Assembly: GCF_000737315.1 (NCBI RefSeq)
Contig: NZ_JMCB01000004.1
Span: 20,001 to 268,000 of the forward strand
DNA from: Hyalangium minutum
Lineage (GTDB): Bacteria > Myxococcota > Myxococcia > Myxococcales > Myxococcaceae
Length of the DNA: 248,000 bases
Direction: 5' to 3'
Shown: positions 214,468 to 229,600 of the stretch, piece after piece
Numbering within the stretch: position 1 is the stretch's first letter
How the letters are laid out: each line of letters opens with the position of its first letter
Notes under the pieces: model-generated
Database searches by the model: none
The model's input: the letters and a program-made list of their open reading frames with translations, nothing else
What the model was told of the DNA's origin: nothing
Translations under genes and position numbers: made by a program

Positions 214468-217400
214468 GCAACCCCCGCGACAACATGAGCGGTCTCAGCC
214501 TCGAGGAGAAGCGCAAGCTCCTCGCGGAGCTCCTGGCGAAGTCGGGGAAGGGCGCTCCCCGCATCTTTCCACTCGCCTCGGGACAAAAGGCCCTATGGCT
214601 CCTGCAGCAGCAGGAGCCGGAGGGCGCTGCCTACAACACGCCCTTCGCGCTCCGCATTCGATCCCCGATCGAGGTGGGGGCCTTGAAGCGCGCCTTCGAG
214701 ATGGTGGCCGCGCGCCACCCGGGCCTGCGAACCACGGTCTCCTCGACCGCGGATGGGCAGCTCCTCCAGACGAGCCACCCCGTGCTCGAGCCGCACTTCG
214801 CTCACATCGATGCGACGAGTTGGAGCGCCGAGCAGCTCCAGGCCGCGGTCGTTCGCGCCTACCGCCAGCCGTTCTCCCTGGAGCGGGGTCCGCTCTTCCG
214901 GGGCGATCTGTTCAGCGCTCGGCCTGATGACCATGTGCTCCTGATCACGGTGCACCACATCGTCTACGACGGGTGGTCGGCGGGGATCGTCCAGCAAGAG
215001 CTCACGCAGATCTATCAGGCGCTCTCGCGGGGAGAGCAGCCGTCGCTGGCGCCCGTCACGGGCAGCTATGCCGACTTCGTCGCGCAGCAGGCGGAGATGC
215101 TCTCGGGGGCGGTGGGGCGCAAGCACTGGGAGTACTGGCAGAAGAAGCTCTCCGGCGAGCTGCCCGTCCTCGCGCTCCCCGCGGATCGAAGCCGATCGGC
215201 CCTCGCGGCGAACCGGAGCGGCGCGTGCTCACTCAGGCTCCAGCCCGAGCTGACGAACCGGATCAAAGAGCTCGCGCAGAGCGCAGAGGCCACCCCCTTC
215301 GTCGTGCTCTTGTCCGCCTACGCCGCCCTGCTCGGGCGCCTGTCCCGGCAGGAGGACATCCTGATCGGCTCCCCGACGGCCGGGCGCCCGGACGCTGCCT
215401 CTCATGGTGTGGTGGGCTACTTCGCCAACGCCGTGGCACTTCGAGCGGATCTCTCCGGCGCTCCCTCCTCCCGGAAGCTGATCGCGCGGCTGCGCGACGT
215501 GGTGCACGAGGCGCTGGAGAACCAGGACTTCCCGTTCGCGTCGCTGGTGGAGCGGTTGGGGATTGCGCGCAGCCCTGGCGTGTCGCCCATCTTCCAGGCG
215601 TCCATGACCTTCCACTCCTCTCGCGAGGGTGGAGGCGCTATGGCGCTCTGGGCCACGCCGGATGAGGAGGCCCGCGTCCGGTGGGGGCACCTGGATCTCG
215701 AGCCCTATCCGCTCAGCGAGCAGGAGACCCAGTTCGATCTCACCCTCGAGATGTGGGAGGCCCGCGGCGCGTTCTCCGGCGCGTTGCGCTTCAACCGTGC
215801 GCTCTTCAATGACAGCACGGTGGCCCTGTGGCGAGGCTACTTCGAGAAGCTCCTCGAGCAGATGGTGCGCGCTCCGGATGAGCCGATTGCCCGGCTGGCG
215901 CTGGCAGAGCCCGTCACGGCCGCGCAGGTCCAGGGTGGCACGCAGCCCGTGAGCCAGCCAGATCGCGCTGGCGGGAGCACCATCACCGGTTGGTTCGAGG
216001 CACAGGCCGCGCGAAGCCCAGACGCGGTCGCGCTCAGCTTCGGGGACGTGCACCTCGACTACGCCGAGCTCAACGCCCGCGCGAACGTCCTGGCCCATGA
216101 GCTTCGAAGCCGTGGCGTTGGCCCCGAGTCCCTGGTGGGCGTCTGTGTCGAGCGGAGTGCGGAGCTGGTCATCGCCATCCTGGGCGTGCTCAAGGCCGGC
216201 GGGGCCTATGTCCCGCTGGATCCGGCCAGCCCGCGTGAGCGGCTCGCGCTGATCCTCGAGGACGCGGAAGTCTCCGCGCTCGTCACCGAGACCCGGCGCA
216301 GCGGCGAGCTTCCCACGGAGAAGGTGTCCACGATCTTCGTGGACGCGCTCCAGTGGCAGGGTGGGCAGCGGGCGCCGAATCCGGAGCCTGGCGTCACGCC
216401 GGACAACGCCGCCTATGTCATCTACACCTCCGGATCCACCGGGCGCCCCAAGGGCGTGATCGTCACCCACTCCAACGCCACGCGCCTGTTCACCACGACG
216501 GAGGCGCTCTTTGGTTTCGGGCCGGAGGACGTCTGGACGCTGTTCCACTCCGCCGCTTTCGACTTCTCTGTCTGGGAACTCTGGGGACCGCTCTTCTATG
216601 GCGGCCGCCTGGTCGTCGTCCCTCACTGGATGACCCGCTCCCCCGAGGCCTTCGGCGAGCTCATTGCCCGTGAAGGGGTGACGGTCCTCAACCAGACGCC
216701 CTCCGCATTCCGAGCGCTCGTCCGGGCGCCCTCGATCGATGACGGGCAGGGCGGCCGAGGGCTCAAGTGGATCATCTTCGGCGGTGAAGCGCTCGACGCA
216801 GCGACCGTCCGTCCATGGTTCGAGCGGTATCCGGGCGCGGACACGCAGCTCATCAACATGTATGGCATCACCGAGACCACGGTGCATGTCACGTATCACC
216901 GGGTCACCGAGGCGGACCTCACGTCCGCGGCGAGCCCGATCGGCTGCCCCATCCCGGATCTCACGATCCGCCTGCTCGATGAGCACGGCCAGCCCGTTCC
217001 GGACGGCGTCCCGGGGGAGATGTATGTCGGTGGAGCGGGAGTCGCGAGGGGGTATCTCAAGCGGCCGGAGCTCACCGCCAAGCGCTTCATCGAGGACCCG
217101 GACTCCCCTGGAGCGCGCCTCTACCGCTCGGGCGACCTCGCCATCCGCCAACCGGATGGCACCTTCACGTACCTCGGCCGCATTGACGATCAGGTCAAGA
217201 TCCGCGGCTTCCGCATCGAGCTCGGCGAGATCCAGTCGGTGATCGCCCTCCATCCGGCCGTCGCCGAAGCCTACGTCACCACCTACGAGCGGAGCGCGGA
217301 CGACCGGCGGATCGCCGCCTACGTGGTGCCCAGGCAAGGCGCGGCGGAGATGCTCCTCTCCTCCAGCGCGGACGGGGGAATCGGTGACACCCACGTCGGT

Positions 217401-220400
217401 GAGTGGAAGGCGCTCTACGACGAGATCTACGCGCGCTCCGTGGGTGAGGCCCAGACGGATCCTGGCTTCAACATCGCAGGCTGGAACAGCAGCTACTCTG
217501 GCGCGCCGCTCAGCGCCGAGGCCATGAAGGAGTGGGTCAACCACACCGTTGCGCAGCTCCTCGAGCGGAAGCCGTCGCGGGTGCTCGAGATCGGATGCGG
217601 GACCGGCCTCCTGCTCACGCGGATCGCGCCCTCCACGACCGCGTACTGGGCGACGGACGTCTCGGGGGTCGTGGTCGACATGCTCCGAGGGGTGACGAAG
217701 AAGACCCCGGGCCTCGAGCATGCGCGGCTCTTCCACTGTGCCGCGGACCAGCTTCAGAGCATCGACTTCGGCAGCGAGCGCTTCGAGGCGGTGATCTTGA
217801 ACTCGGTGGTCCAGTACTTCCCGAGCGCGGAGTACCTCGCCCGGGCACTGGAGTCCGCCTCTGCGCGCGTGAGCACGGGAGGATTCATCTTCGTCGGGGA
217901 CGTGCGGAACCTCCGTCTGCTCGAGGCGTTCCATGCGTCGATCGTCCTGGCCCAGAGCTCGGGCACGCTCGAGCCCCACACGTTAAAGGGGCGCGTGGCG
218001 CGGCGGATGGCTGGAGAGGAAGAACTGGTCCTCGATCCGGGCTTCTTCTGGGCCTTGAAGCAGCGCATCCCTCGGCTGAGCCATGTCGAGATCCGCCCGA
218101 AGCGTGGTGATTGCCTGAATGAGCTCACCCGCTTCCGCTACGATGTGCTCCTCCACCTGGACACCGCACCGGCCCCCGCAGCCGACGTGGTCTGGGGCCC
218201 GGGCAACGTCAGCCTGCTGGAGCTGCGTGCGCGCCTCGGCCAGGCAGGCACCCGGCGCATCGGTCTGCGCGGCATCCGGAATGCCCGCGTCGAGGCGGCC
218301 CTCGAGGCCTTGGCGAGCCTGAGCGATCAGGCCCCAGCGAAGCCAGGCTCGTTCGAGAAGCTCCGCCGCCGCCTGTTGGATCGCGACGGCTCGGTCCCCG
218401 CCAGCGAGCCCGAGCCCGGGATCGATCCCATGGCCCTCGAGCAGCTTGCCAGGGAGACTTCGTGCACTGTCAGCCTGGACTGGTCTCGTGGCGGTGTGGA
218501 CGGCTCCTTCGACGCGGTCTTCACCGCAGCCGCAGACCTCTCCGGCAAGCCCATCGCGCTCTTCGGGGCAGCGCCCGAGGCAGTACCGGGTGCTCGCCAC
218601 GCCAATGATCCCCTCCGCGGGCGCCTGGAGCGCCGCCTGGAGAGCGACCTTCGGAAGAGGGCGCAGGAGCACCTGCCGGACTACATGGTGCCGGCGAGCA
218701 TCATGGTGATCGACGAGATCCCGCTGACCGGGAACGGCAAGGTGAACCGGCGCGCCCTGCCGGTCCCCGCGGCTCCGCAGGGCCTGGACACCGCGTACGT
218801 CGAGCCCAGGACCGGTGAAGAAGAGATCCTGGTGAGCATCTTCGCCGAGCTGCTCGGCGCGGAGCGGGTGGGCGTGCACGAGAGCTTCTTCGACCTGGGA
218901 GGCCACTCGCTCCTGGCCACGCAGGTGGTCTCGCGCGTCCGCGCCGTCTTCGGAGTCGATGTTCCGCTGCGCACGCTCTTTGACAGCCCGACCGTCGGGG
219001 GACTCGCGACGGCGGTGCAGCAGTTGCGCAAGCGCTCGGGCTCCGCGGCGCTCGACTTCACCTCGCCGATGGAGCGGCCGCCTCAGATCCCGCTCTCCTC
219101 CTCGCAGGAGCGGCTGTGGATCCTCGACCGCATCGTGGAGACGCGGGCGCCCATCTACGTCATCCCCCTGGTGCTTCGGCTCCGCGGTCCGCTCGACCAG
219201 GAGGCGCTCCGTCAGAGCCTTGACGGGATCATCCAGCGCCACGAGGTGCTGCGCACCCGCTTCGCCATGGTGGGCGGCCAGGCCGTTCAGGAGATCGCCG
219301 AGGAGCTGCACGCCGAGCTCCCGCCGGCCGAGGAGCTCGGCTACCACCCGGGGGCCACCGAGGCGGAGATCTCGAGGCTCATTCAAGATGAGGTGGGGCT
219401 CGAGGTCTCCCGCCCGTTCGATCTCGAGCGCGGCCCGCTGATCCGGATGCGCCTCTTCCGCATCGCGGAGGGCGACCACGTGCTCGTCCTCACGATGCAC
219501 CACATCGTCTCCGACGGCTGGTCCGTGGGGATCCTCGCGCGTGAGCTCTCGGCGGGCTACAACGCGCGCCGCTCGCAGCGCGAGCTGGTGTTGCCAGCGC
219601 TCCCGGTTCAGTACGCGGACTTCGCCCTCTGGCAGCGGCAGCTCCTGAAGGACGGCGCGCTCGCCGAGTCCATCGAGGCCCACAAGCAGCGGATCGCCGG
219701 GGCGCCCACGTCCCTCAACCTCCCCGCGGATCGGCCTCGGCCGGAGACCCCCTCGTACCGGGGCGGCGTGGTCCGCTTCATGGTGGATCGTGGCCTCTCG
219801 ACACGCCTCAAGGAGATGAGTCGCCGCGAGGGTTCCACGCTGTACATGACCTTGCTGACCGCCTTCGCGGCCTACCTCTCGCGCCTGAGCGGCCAGAAGG
219901 ATCTGATCATCGGCTCGCCCGTGGCGAACCGGAACCGCGCCGCGACGGAGCCGCTGATCGGCTTCTTCGTCAACACGCTCGCGCTCAGGATGGACCTGTC
220001 GGGAGACCCGACCTTCCTGGAGCTGCTGGCGCGCGTCCGGCGCACGGCGCTCGACGCGTATGCGGACCAGGATGTGCCCTTCGAGAAGTTGGTGGAGGTC
220101 GCCGCGCCTGAGCGGAGCCTCAGCCGCCAGCCCCTGGTCCAGGTGATGTTCGCGCTCCAGAACGCGCCGTTCTCGCCTCCTGCGCTCGATGGCCTCCACG
220201 TGGAGCCCCTGGAACTGGACAGCATCACCGCCAAGTTCGATCTGACGCTGTCCATGCAGGAGTCCGCGGACGGCTTGACGGGCCTCCTCGAGTACAGCGC
220301 GGAGCTGTTCGACCGGGAGCGCATCGAGCGGATGGCCGAGCACCTCGTGGTGTTCCTGCGTGCGGCGGTCGAGCAGCCGCAGCGGCATGTGCACGCGTTC

Positions 220401-223400
220401 GACCTCCTCGGTGCGCGTGAGGCCGGACTGCTGGCGGAGTGGGCCGAGGGCCCTGACGCCCCGCCCGCCCCCGGCTCGGTGGTGGAGCTGTTCCAGGCCC
220501 AGGCCCGGAGCACTCCGGACGCGATTGCGCTCGAGCAAGGGGACGTCAGCCTCAGCTACGCGGAGCTCGATCAGCGCTCCACACGCCTGGCGAGGCACCT
220601 CGTCTCGCTGGGCCTGGGGCCGGAGAAGCGGGCCGCGCTCTGCCTGCCGAAAAGCATCGAGTTCATCGTCTCCGTGCTGGGCGTGTGGAAGGCCGGTGGG
220701 GCGTATGTCCCGCTCGATCCGGAGTACCCCGAGGCGCGCCTCAGCCACATGCTGGAGGACTCGGGCGCGGAGCTCCTGCTCACGGTGCGCGCGTTGGGCG
220801 AGCGGCCGGGCTTCCGAGGGAAGACGCTCTGGATGGACGAGGCGCTGCCCGACCTTGCGGAGCCGTCCACCCTGGCGCCCCCGAGCGGCGGCTCGATGGC
220901 CTACATCATCTATACCTCGGGCTCGACGGGGAAGCCGAAGGGCGTGGTGCTGGAGCACCGAGGGGTCTCGAACATCGCCGTCGCCTCACGGGAGCTGCTC
221001 TCGCTCACCCCGGACAGCAGGGTCCTCCAGGCGGCCTCCACGTCCTTCGATGTCTCGGTCTGGGACTTCGTGATGGCGTTCGCGAGCGGTGCCCGGCTGG
221101 TGCTGCCCGTCGACGAGACTTCGAAGGCCGGCGAGGGCCAGGCGGCGCTGCTGCGGGAGAAGCGCATCACCCACGTGTGCCTGACGGCGTCGGCGATCGC
221201 AGCGCTGCCCGAGGGCCCGTATCCCGACCTTCGCGTGCTCACCACCGCCGGAGAGGCCTGCCCCGCCGAGCTGGTGAAGAAGTGGGCCACGGAGTCCCGG
221301 CGCTTCATCAATGCCTACGGCCCGACGGAGACGACCATCATCGCGACCCTTACGGGCCTCCGGAAGGGCGATACGGGCGCTCCGCCCATCGGCCGTCCTC
221401 TGCCGGGACTGGTGGCACGGATCCTCGACGCCCATCAGCACCAGGTGCCCATCGGGGTCCCCGGCGAGCTGTACGTGGGGGGGCTCGCCGTTGCACGCGG
221501 GTATCACAGGCTCGAGGAGCTCACCCGTGAGCGCTTCGTCCGGGATCCGTTCTCGAGCAGCCCCGACGCCCGGCTCTATCGCACGGGCGATCTCGCGCGC
221601 TGGAGGAACGACGGCAACATCGACTTCCTCGGCCGCCTCGACCACCAGGTGAAGCTCCGGGGCTTCCGGATCGAGCTGGGTGAGGTGGAAGCGGTCATCG
221701 ACAGCCATCCGGGAGTCCAGCGTTCGCTCGTCATCGTCTACAAAGGTCAGCTCGCCGCCTACGTCGCGAACCGCGGCGGAGCTCCTCTCACGGTCCATGC
221801 TCTCCGTGAGCACGCGAAGAGCCAGCTGCCCAGCTACATGGTGCCTGCGCACTTCATCCTCCTCGATGCGTTCCCCCTGACGCCGAGTGGGAAGATTGAT
221901 CGCAAGAAGCTGTCGGATCCCGTGGAGGCCCAGGAGCCCGTCGTCTTCGCCGCACCCCAGTCTCGCGAGGAGCAGATCCTCGCGGAGATCTGGGCCACGG
222001 TGCTGAAGAAGAAGTCGGTCGGAGCCCACGACAACTTCTTCGCGCTCGGAGGGGACTCGATCCTGGGCCTGCAGATCATCTCTCGCGCCACCCAGCAGGG
222101 GCTGCGCCTGAGGCCGCGTCAACTCTTCGAGCATCAGACGATCGCGGAGCTGGCCCGAGTGGCTTCCAGCGCCCGGGTGCTCCACGCCGAGCAAGGCAAG
222201 GTGGCGGGGAGCGCGCCGCTCACGCCCATCCAGCGCTGGTTCTTCGAGCAGGAGCGCGTCGAGCCGCAGCACTTCAACATGGCGGTGTTGGTCGACATCG
222301 ATCCAGGCATCGATCTCGCCGTGCTCCGCCGCGCGCTCGACGCGGTGGAGCTCCACCATGACGCGCTCCGGCTCCGCTTCCGCCGGGACGGCACGGCCTG
222401 GAGCCAGTACCACGCGGAAGGCGAGGCCCTGGGCATCCCCCTGGAGGAGCTGGACGTCGCTGGGAGCGACGCCGTGGAGGGAGCGCTCGCCAGGGTCCAT
222501 GGATCCCTTGATCTCGAGCGTGGCCCGCTCATGCGCGCCGCGCTCCTGCGCCTGGGTCCCGGCTCCGCGCGGCTCGCCCTGGTGGCCCACCACCTGGTGG
222601 TGGACGCCGTCTCGTGGGGCTTCATCCTCGAGGATCTGCTGACCGTGTACACCCAGCTCTCGAGCGGTCAGGCGATCGGGCTCCAGCCGAAGACCACGTC
222701 CTTCCAGCACTGGGCGAAGCGCCTCGAGGCCTACGCCGAGTCGCCGAACGCCCGGTCCGAGTTCGATGCGTGGCTCGCCGCCTCCCAACGTGACGCCGCG
222801 CATGAGTTCCCGCTGAACGATCCCACCGCCTCGGACACGGTCGCCGAGGCCTCCCGGCTCGTGTCCCGGCTCGAGGTGGACGAGACGCTGCTGCTGATGA
222901 ACGAGGTGCCCAAAGCCTACGATGTCCAGGTCAACGAGGCGCTGATCGCCGCGCTGGCCCGGACGCTCTCGGTCTGGACCGGCCACAGCACCGTCCGGAT
223001 GGATCTGGAAGGCTACGGGCGAGAGTTCCTGTTCGAGGACGTCGATGTGAGCCGCACGGTGGGGTGGTTCACCGCGCTCTTCCCGCTGCGCCTGCACGTC
223101 GGCGCCAAGGAGAACATGCGAGAGGCGCTCGCCCGCGCGAAGGATGCCCTCCGCCGCATCCCTCGAGGCGGGGCCGGCTATGGAGTCCTCCGCTACCTGT
223201 CCACGGACCCGTCGATCCGCTCGAGGCTCGAGGCCGTCGGGCATGCCGGGATCGTCTTCAATTACCTCGGGCAGATGGGCACCATCCCGGCGCACGGCGT
223301 GCTCCGCGGCGCCGCCAAGGAAGGCCTGGGCCCTCTCCACTCCCCGGGCGCCGCCAGGCCCCACCGCATCGAGCTCAACGCCGTCGTCGAGGCGGGGCAA

Positions 223401-223613
223401 GTCCTGCGTCTCGACTGGACCTTCGGCTCCAAGGTCCTCCGCAAGGAGACCCTCGAGAGCCTGAACCAGGCGTTCATCTCCAACATCCGCGAGCTGATCC
223501 GTGACCGCGCGCAGCCGGCCGCCACGGTCCGTGTGGCCGCGGACTTCCCCGCCGCGCGCCTGAGTGCCAAGGACCTGAAGAACGTCCTCAAGCAGACGAA
223601 GAAGCCGCGATGA
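214464..223613 (+). CDS. mchB: NRPS C-A(Thr)-NMT-T-C-A(Ala)-T-E (MchB)
   Basis: A1 code DFWNIGMVHK; EIGCGTG MT; GGHS; A2 DVWCTAAIIK; GGDS; E domain HHLVVDAVSW. Confidence 0.88.
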
Positions 223614-223647
223614 ATCCCGTGAAAGGTGAGGCAGTGAGGACCGTGTC

Positions 223648-226600
223648 ATGACCGAGGCCGAGTTGATCGAGGACATCTACGAGCTCGCGCCCATGCAACA
223701 CGGGTTGCTCTTCCACTCGCTGCTGGAGCCCAGCGCGGGCATGTACGTGGAGCAGTTGAGCTGCGAGCTGCGGGGCAGGCTGTCGCTCGATCAATGGAAG
223801 GCGGCCTGGCAGCACGTCCTCGCGCGGCACGCCATCCTGCGCTCCTCCTTCCTCTGGGAAGGGCTCGAGAAGCCCGTCCAGGTCGTGGCGAAGGAGGCAG
223901 AGCTCCCATGGCATCTCGAGGATCTGCGAGGCGCCACCCGGGAGGAGCAGGAGCGCCGCATCGAGAGCTTCCTGAACGAGGATCGTCTCCGGGGATTCGA
224001 GCTGGCCTCCCCGCCGCTGCTCCGGTGCGCGCTGCTCCGGCTGGGCGAGGAGCACTACCGCTTCGTGTGGACCTACCACCACCTCTTGCTGGACGGGTGG
224101 TGCTTCGCGATCGTCCTCCGCGAGGTGTTGGAGTCCTTCGCGGGGGGACTCGAGTCCCTGCCGCCACCGGCGCGCCCCTACCGCGACTACATCACCTGGC
224201 TCCAGGAGCAGGATCCCACCCGCGCTGAGAGCTTCTGGCGCGAGCTCCTGCGTGGCTTCGAGCAGCCCACGCCGCTGCCCTTCATGGAGCGCCGGCAGGC
224301 CAGCAAGTCCGCCCACGGTGCGCAGCCCGAGGTCGTCAAGCACCTGCCGCGGGAGCTCACGGCTCGCCTGGCCACGTTCGCCAAGGAGCATCGGCTGACG
224401 CTCAACACGCTCGTCCAGGGCGCCTGGGGGCTCCTCCTGGGGCGGACGACGGGCACGGACGACGTCATCTTCGGTGTCACCGTCTCCGGCCGCCCCTCGG
224501 AGCTGGCCGGCTCCGAGTCCATCGTCGGGCTCTTCATCAACACCGTGCCGCTGCGGGCGCGGCTGGATGGCTCCGCGACGATCCCCGCGTTCCTGTCGGC
224601 CCTGCAGGCCCAGCAGAGCTCCTTCGAGCCCCATGTCTACGTCTCGCTCGCGGACATCCAGCTCTGGTCGGATGCACCGCATGATCGCCCGCTCTTCGAG
224701 AGCCTCCTCGTCTTCGAGAACTATCCGATCGATCGGTCGACGCTCCTCGAGCGCAGCGGTCTCGAGATCAGCTCCATCCACGCGCAGGAGCGCATCAACT
224801 ACCCTCTGGCAGTGGTCGCCATCCCCGGCGAGTCTCTCGAGCTGCGGGTGATGTACCAGGAGGACACGTTCTCGCGGGCGGCGGCCGAGCGGCTCGCACG
224901 CCTGCTCGAGACGGCGCTCGGGGCGCTCCTCACCGCGAAGACGGTCGGCGAGATCGACTTCCTGGACGAGCCGGCCCGGCGGGTGCTCGCGGAGTGGGGG
225001 CAGAACCCCCGCGTGTTCGACCATCGCGCGCCGGTGCACGAGCTCGTTGCGCTCGTGGCCCGCAGCACCCCTGGTGCGCTGGCCGTGGTGGGCGCGGACG
225101 GACAGAAGCTCACCTACCTCGAGCTCAACGAGCGCGCAGAGCGTGTCGCGCGGCGCCTCCGCCTGCTCGGCGCAGGGAGAGAGCGCATCGTCGGGGTGTG
225201 CATTGGCAGTTCCGTGGAGCGGGTGGTGGGCCTGCTGGGCGTGCTCAAGGCGGGGGCGGCCTACATGCCGCTCGATCCCAACTATCCGAGCGAGCGGCTC
225301 GCCTACCTCGTGGGCGACGCGTCCCCCACGGCGATCCTCAACGCGGGAGCGGATCCCGTCCCGGACACTCGCATCCCCCGGCTTGACGTCGCGCGAGTCT
225401 CCCTCGAGGCGGCGGCGTCCGATGCGCCCGCTCGGGACGCGTCCCACCTGGAGGATCTCGCCTACGTCATCTACACCTCCGGCTCGACTGGAGCGCCCAA
225501 GGGCGTCCTCGCCTCGCACCAGAACCTGCTCAATCTGGTCTCATGGCACACGGAGGCGTTCGGGCTCACGGCGAAGGACCGGACGACGCATCTTGCCAGC
225601 ATCGCTTTTGACGCCGCAGTCTGGGAGATCTGGCCGACGCTCGCGGCAGGCGCCACGCTTCACCTCGTCCCGCCGGAGCTGCCCGCTGCCCCTGACGAGC
225701 TCTCGCGCTGGCTGGTGGAGCGTCAGATCACGATCAGCTTCCTTCCGACGGCGGTCGCCGAGGCCGCGCTCGCGCTGCCATGGCCGGCGGATTGCTCGCT
225801 CCGCTTCATGTTGACCGGCGGCGACCGGCTCCACCTCGTGCCCCCGCCGGGTCTTCCGTTCCGGCTCGTCAACAACTACGGACCGACGGAGACGACCGTC
225901 GTCGCGACCTCCGGCATCGTCGAAGCGGAGAGCCGGAACGGCCTGCCCTCCATCGGCCGGCCGATCGCGAACGCCCGCATCTACATCCTCGACCGCATGA
226001 GGCGGCCCGTCCTCCCCGGCGTCATCGGCGAGCTGTACATCGGCGGCGCGGGTGTCACTCGAGGCTACCTGAACCGGCCCGAGCTGAGCGCCTCCCGGTT
226101 CTTCCCTGATCCCTTCTCGGACGCACCCGCGGCGCGCATGTACGCGAGCGGAGATCTCGCGCAGTTCCGCGCGGATGGGACCCTCGCGTTCCACGGCCGT
226201 GTGGACCGTCAGGTCCAGGTGCGAGGTGTCCGCGTGGAGCCCGGGGAGATCGAGGCCGTCCTGGCCGAGTACCCGGGCGTCAGCGCTGCCGCCGTGGTGG
226301 GGGTGGATTCACAGGGCAATGGCGACATCCGGCTGGTCGGCTTCGCGGCCTGTGCCAGTCAGAACCCGCCCGGCGCTGATGCCCTCGCGAGCTACCTGGG
226401 GGAGAAGCTGCCTGAGGTGATGGTCCCCAGACAGATCATCATCCTCAGTGAGCTCCCGCTCACGCCGAACGGCAAGGTCGACTCCGCTGCGCTCGAGGCG
226501 CGCGCACGAGAGGAGCAGGTCCACACAGAGCACATTGCCCCCAGGACTCCCCACGAGGAGATCCTCGCCGGGATCTGGAGCGCGGTGCTGGGCCAGGATC

Positions 226601-229600
226601 GGATCGGGGTCGAGGAGGACTTCTTCGCGCTGGGCGGTCACTCGCTCAAGGCGACCCAGGTCATCGCCCGCGCTCGCGAGGCCTTCGGCATCGACCTGCC
226701 GGTGCGGGCGATCTTCGAGCGAAGGACGATCGCGCTGCTGGCCGAGGCGGTCGCCGGGCATGGCGCCTCCTCGGAGCCGATCCCTCGCCTCGAGCAGTCG
226801 GGCGACGGGCCCCTGTCTCCGGGGCAGGAGAGCCTCTGGTTCATCGATGCGTTGGGCGGTAACACCGAGGCGTACAATGTGCCGCTCGTGATCCGGCTCA
226901 CCGGCACGCTCGACACCGCCGCCGTCGCCCGGGCGCTCGCGCTCCTCGTCGAGCGCCATGAGGTGCTGCGCACCACCTTCCACGAGCGCGCGGGCGTTCC
227001 CGTCCAGAGGATCGGGCCGTCTCCTGCCTCCGTGCTCTCGTCCGAGGACGTCACCCCCGAGCTCCTCGAGCGGCGGATCTCCGAGGAGATCACCACGCCC
227101 TTCTCGCTGACGACGGGGCCGTTGTTCCGGGCCCGGCTCTTCCGGCAGGCGCCCGACACGCACACCCTCGTCATCAACCAGCACCACATCATCGTGGATG
227201 CCTGGTCGGTCAGTGTCCTGCTCCGCGAGTTCTGCATCGCATACGCCGCGTTCGCGAGCGGCGAGCGGCCGGAGCTGCCGGAGCTGCCGAACCGCTACAC
227301 CGACTGGGTCGCCTGGCAGAACCAGCGCCTCGTGGCCGGCCGGCTCGAGGAGGGCCTTGCCTACTGGAGACAGACCCTGAAGGGTGCTCCCCAGGTGCTC
227401 ACGCTCCCGGGAGATCGTCCTCGCCCCACACGCCAGAGCTTCCGTGGGAAGACCCTGTCCTTCGCCCTCGAGGGCTCGATCGGCCGCCGCCTCGAGGCGC
227501 TCTCCCGAGGCTCGGGCGCATCGCTGTTCATGACGCTCCTCAGCGCCTTCGCTGCATACCTCGGCCGGCTCAGCGGCCAGGATGAGATCGTGATTGGCTC
227601 GCCCACGGCCAACCGGGACCGGCGCGAGACGGAGGGCATGGTCGGCTACTTCCTCAACACGATCGCTCTCCGCATCGATCTCTCCGAAGATCCGCCCTTC
227701 ACGGAACTCCTCCAGCGCGTGCGCAAGGCGGCGCTCGACGGCTATTCGTACCAGGACATCCCCTTCGAGAAGGTGGTCGCGGCGCTCGAGCTGCCTCGAG
227801 CCCTGTCGCACAACCCCTTGTTCCAGGTGATGTTCTCCCTCCAGGGACAGAGCGGAGGCGAGATCCAGCTTCCGGGAGTCCGCGCCACCCTGCCCACCAC
227901 CGAGAGCCCGACGTCGAAGTTCGATCTCACGCTCTTCGTCGAGCCTCGGGAGGACTCCTTCGCGTGCCTCCTCGAGTACAACACCGACATCTTCGACGAG
228001 GATCGGATCCGCCGGATGGCCACGCACCTCGTCCGGGTGCTCGAGGCCGTGGCCGAGGAGCCTGAGCTGCGCGTCTCGGAGGTCCCCCTGCTTGCCCCCG
228101 AGGAGCGGCAACTGATCGCACAGCTCGCCCAGCCGGGGCGCCTGGACGACAGCCGGACCTTGCTGGAGCTGTTCGAGCGGCAGGTCGAGAAGACGCCCGA
228201 GGCCGCCGCGCTCGAGCACCGCGGCGACGTGAGGACCTACCGTCAGCTCAGCCAGGAGGCCGAGGCCCTCGCGGTTCGACTCGCCGCCCTGGGGGCCGGC
228301 CCGGACGTCCGGGTCGCCATCTGCCTGGAGCGTTCGATCACGGCCCTGGTCTCCGTCCTCGCGGTCCTCAAGGCCGGTGCCACGTATGTCCCGCTCGAGC
228401 CCTCCGAGCCTCCCGAGCGTCTGCAGGCCATCCTCGGGGACGCGAAGGCCCGAGTCCTCATCGCGGAGAAGAAGTACCGCGACCTGAACCTACCGCCCGG
228501 CGTCGAGTTCCTCTGGATGGATGGCGGCGGAGCCCCCGCGGTGAAGGCCCCGCGGCCCAGGACGGCGTCCCACCACCTCGCCTGCGTCCTCTACGCCTCG
228601 GGATCGGGTGGCGAGCCCAAGGGCGTCGCCATGCCGCACCGGGCGCTGCTCAACCTGACCGCCTGGCACACCGCGCAGCCCCGCCCCTTGCGGACGCTCC
228701 AGTACGGCCTGCTCAACACCGGAGCCTCGCTCCAGGAGATCTTTTCGACCTGGTGCTCGGGAGGCACGCTGGTGCTTGCCGGTGATGCGAATCGGCTCGC
228801 TCCTCGCGCGCTCGTCCAACTCCTCGAAGAGGCCCGCATCCAGCGCCTCTTCCTCCCCGCGGGAGCGCTCCACCCCCTCGCGCGTGAGGCCGTGAACACC
228901 CACCGGCCGTTGCCAGACCTGGAGGAGATCATCGCCGCGGGCGAGCAGCTCCGCATCACCGATCCGATCCGCCAATGGTTCGTGGCCAGCAAGAAGAGGC
229001 TTCGCTGCCAGTACTCCGTCGCGGAGGCCTACGTCGTCGCGGCGCATGAGCTCACCGGCAGCCCCGAGAGCTGGCCGGGGCTCCCCCCCATTGGCCGGCC
229101 GATCCCCAACACGGCCATCTACTTGCTGGATACCGACCAGCGCTCAGTCCCCGTCGGCGTCCCGGGAGAGATCTATGTCTCCGGGGCCTGCCTTGCCGAT
229201 GGCTACCTGTTGCGGCCGGAGCTCACTGCGGAGCGCTTCCTCGAGCTCAGCGTCGATCCTCCCGTGCGCGCGTTCCAGACGGGCGATCTCGGGCGGCTGC
229301 GCCGGGACGGGACGGTGGAGTTCCTCGGGCGCGCTGACGGCCAGATCCTCGTCCGCGGCATTCGCGTCGAGCCCGGTGAGGTCGAGCGTGCGCTCTGCGC
229401 TCACCCCAGCATCCTGGATGCGGTGGCTGTGGCCGCCGGAGACCCCACGCGAGCGCAACGGCTCGTCGCCTATGTCACACCCGAGACCGTGCGGATCGAC
229501 GAGCTGCCCGCGTTCCTCTCGGAGCGAGTCCCCGAGTACATGGTGCCCTCGCAGTTCGTGGCGCTCCCCGAGCTGCCCCGAACGCCGGGAGGCAAGCTGG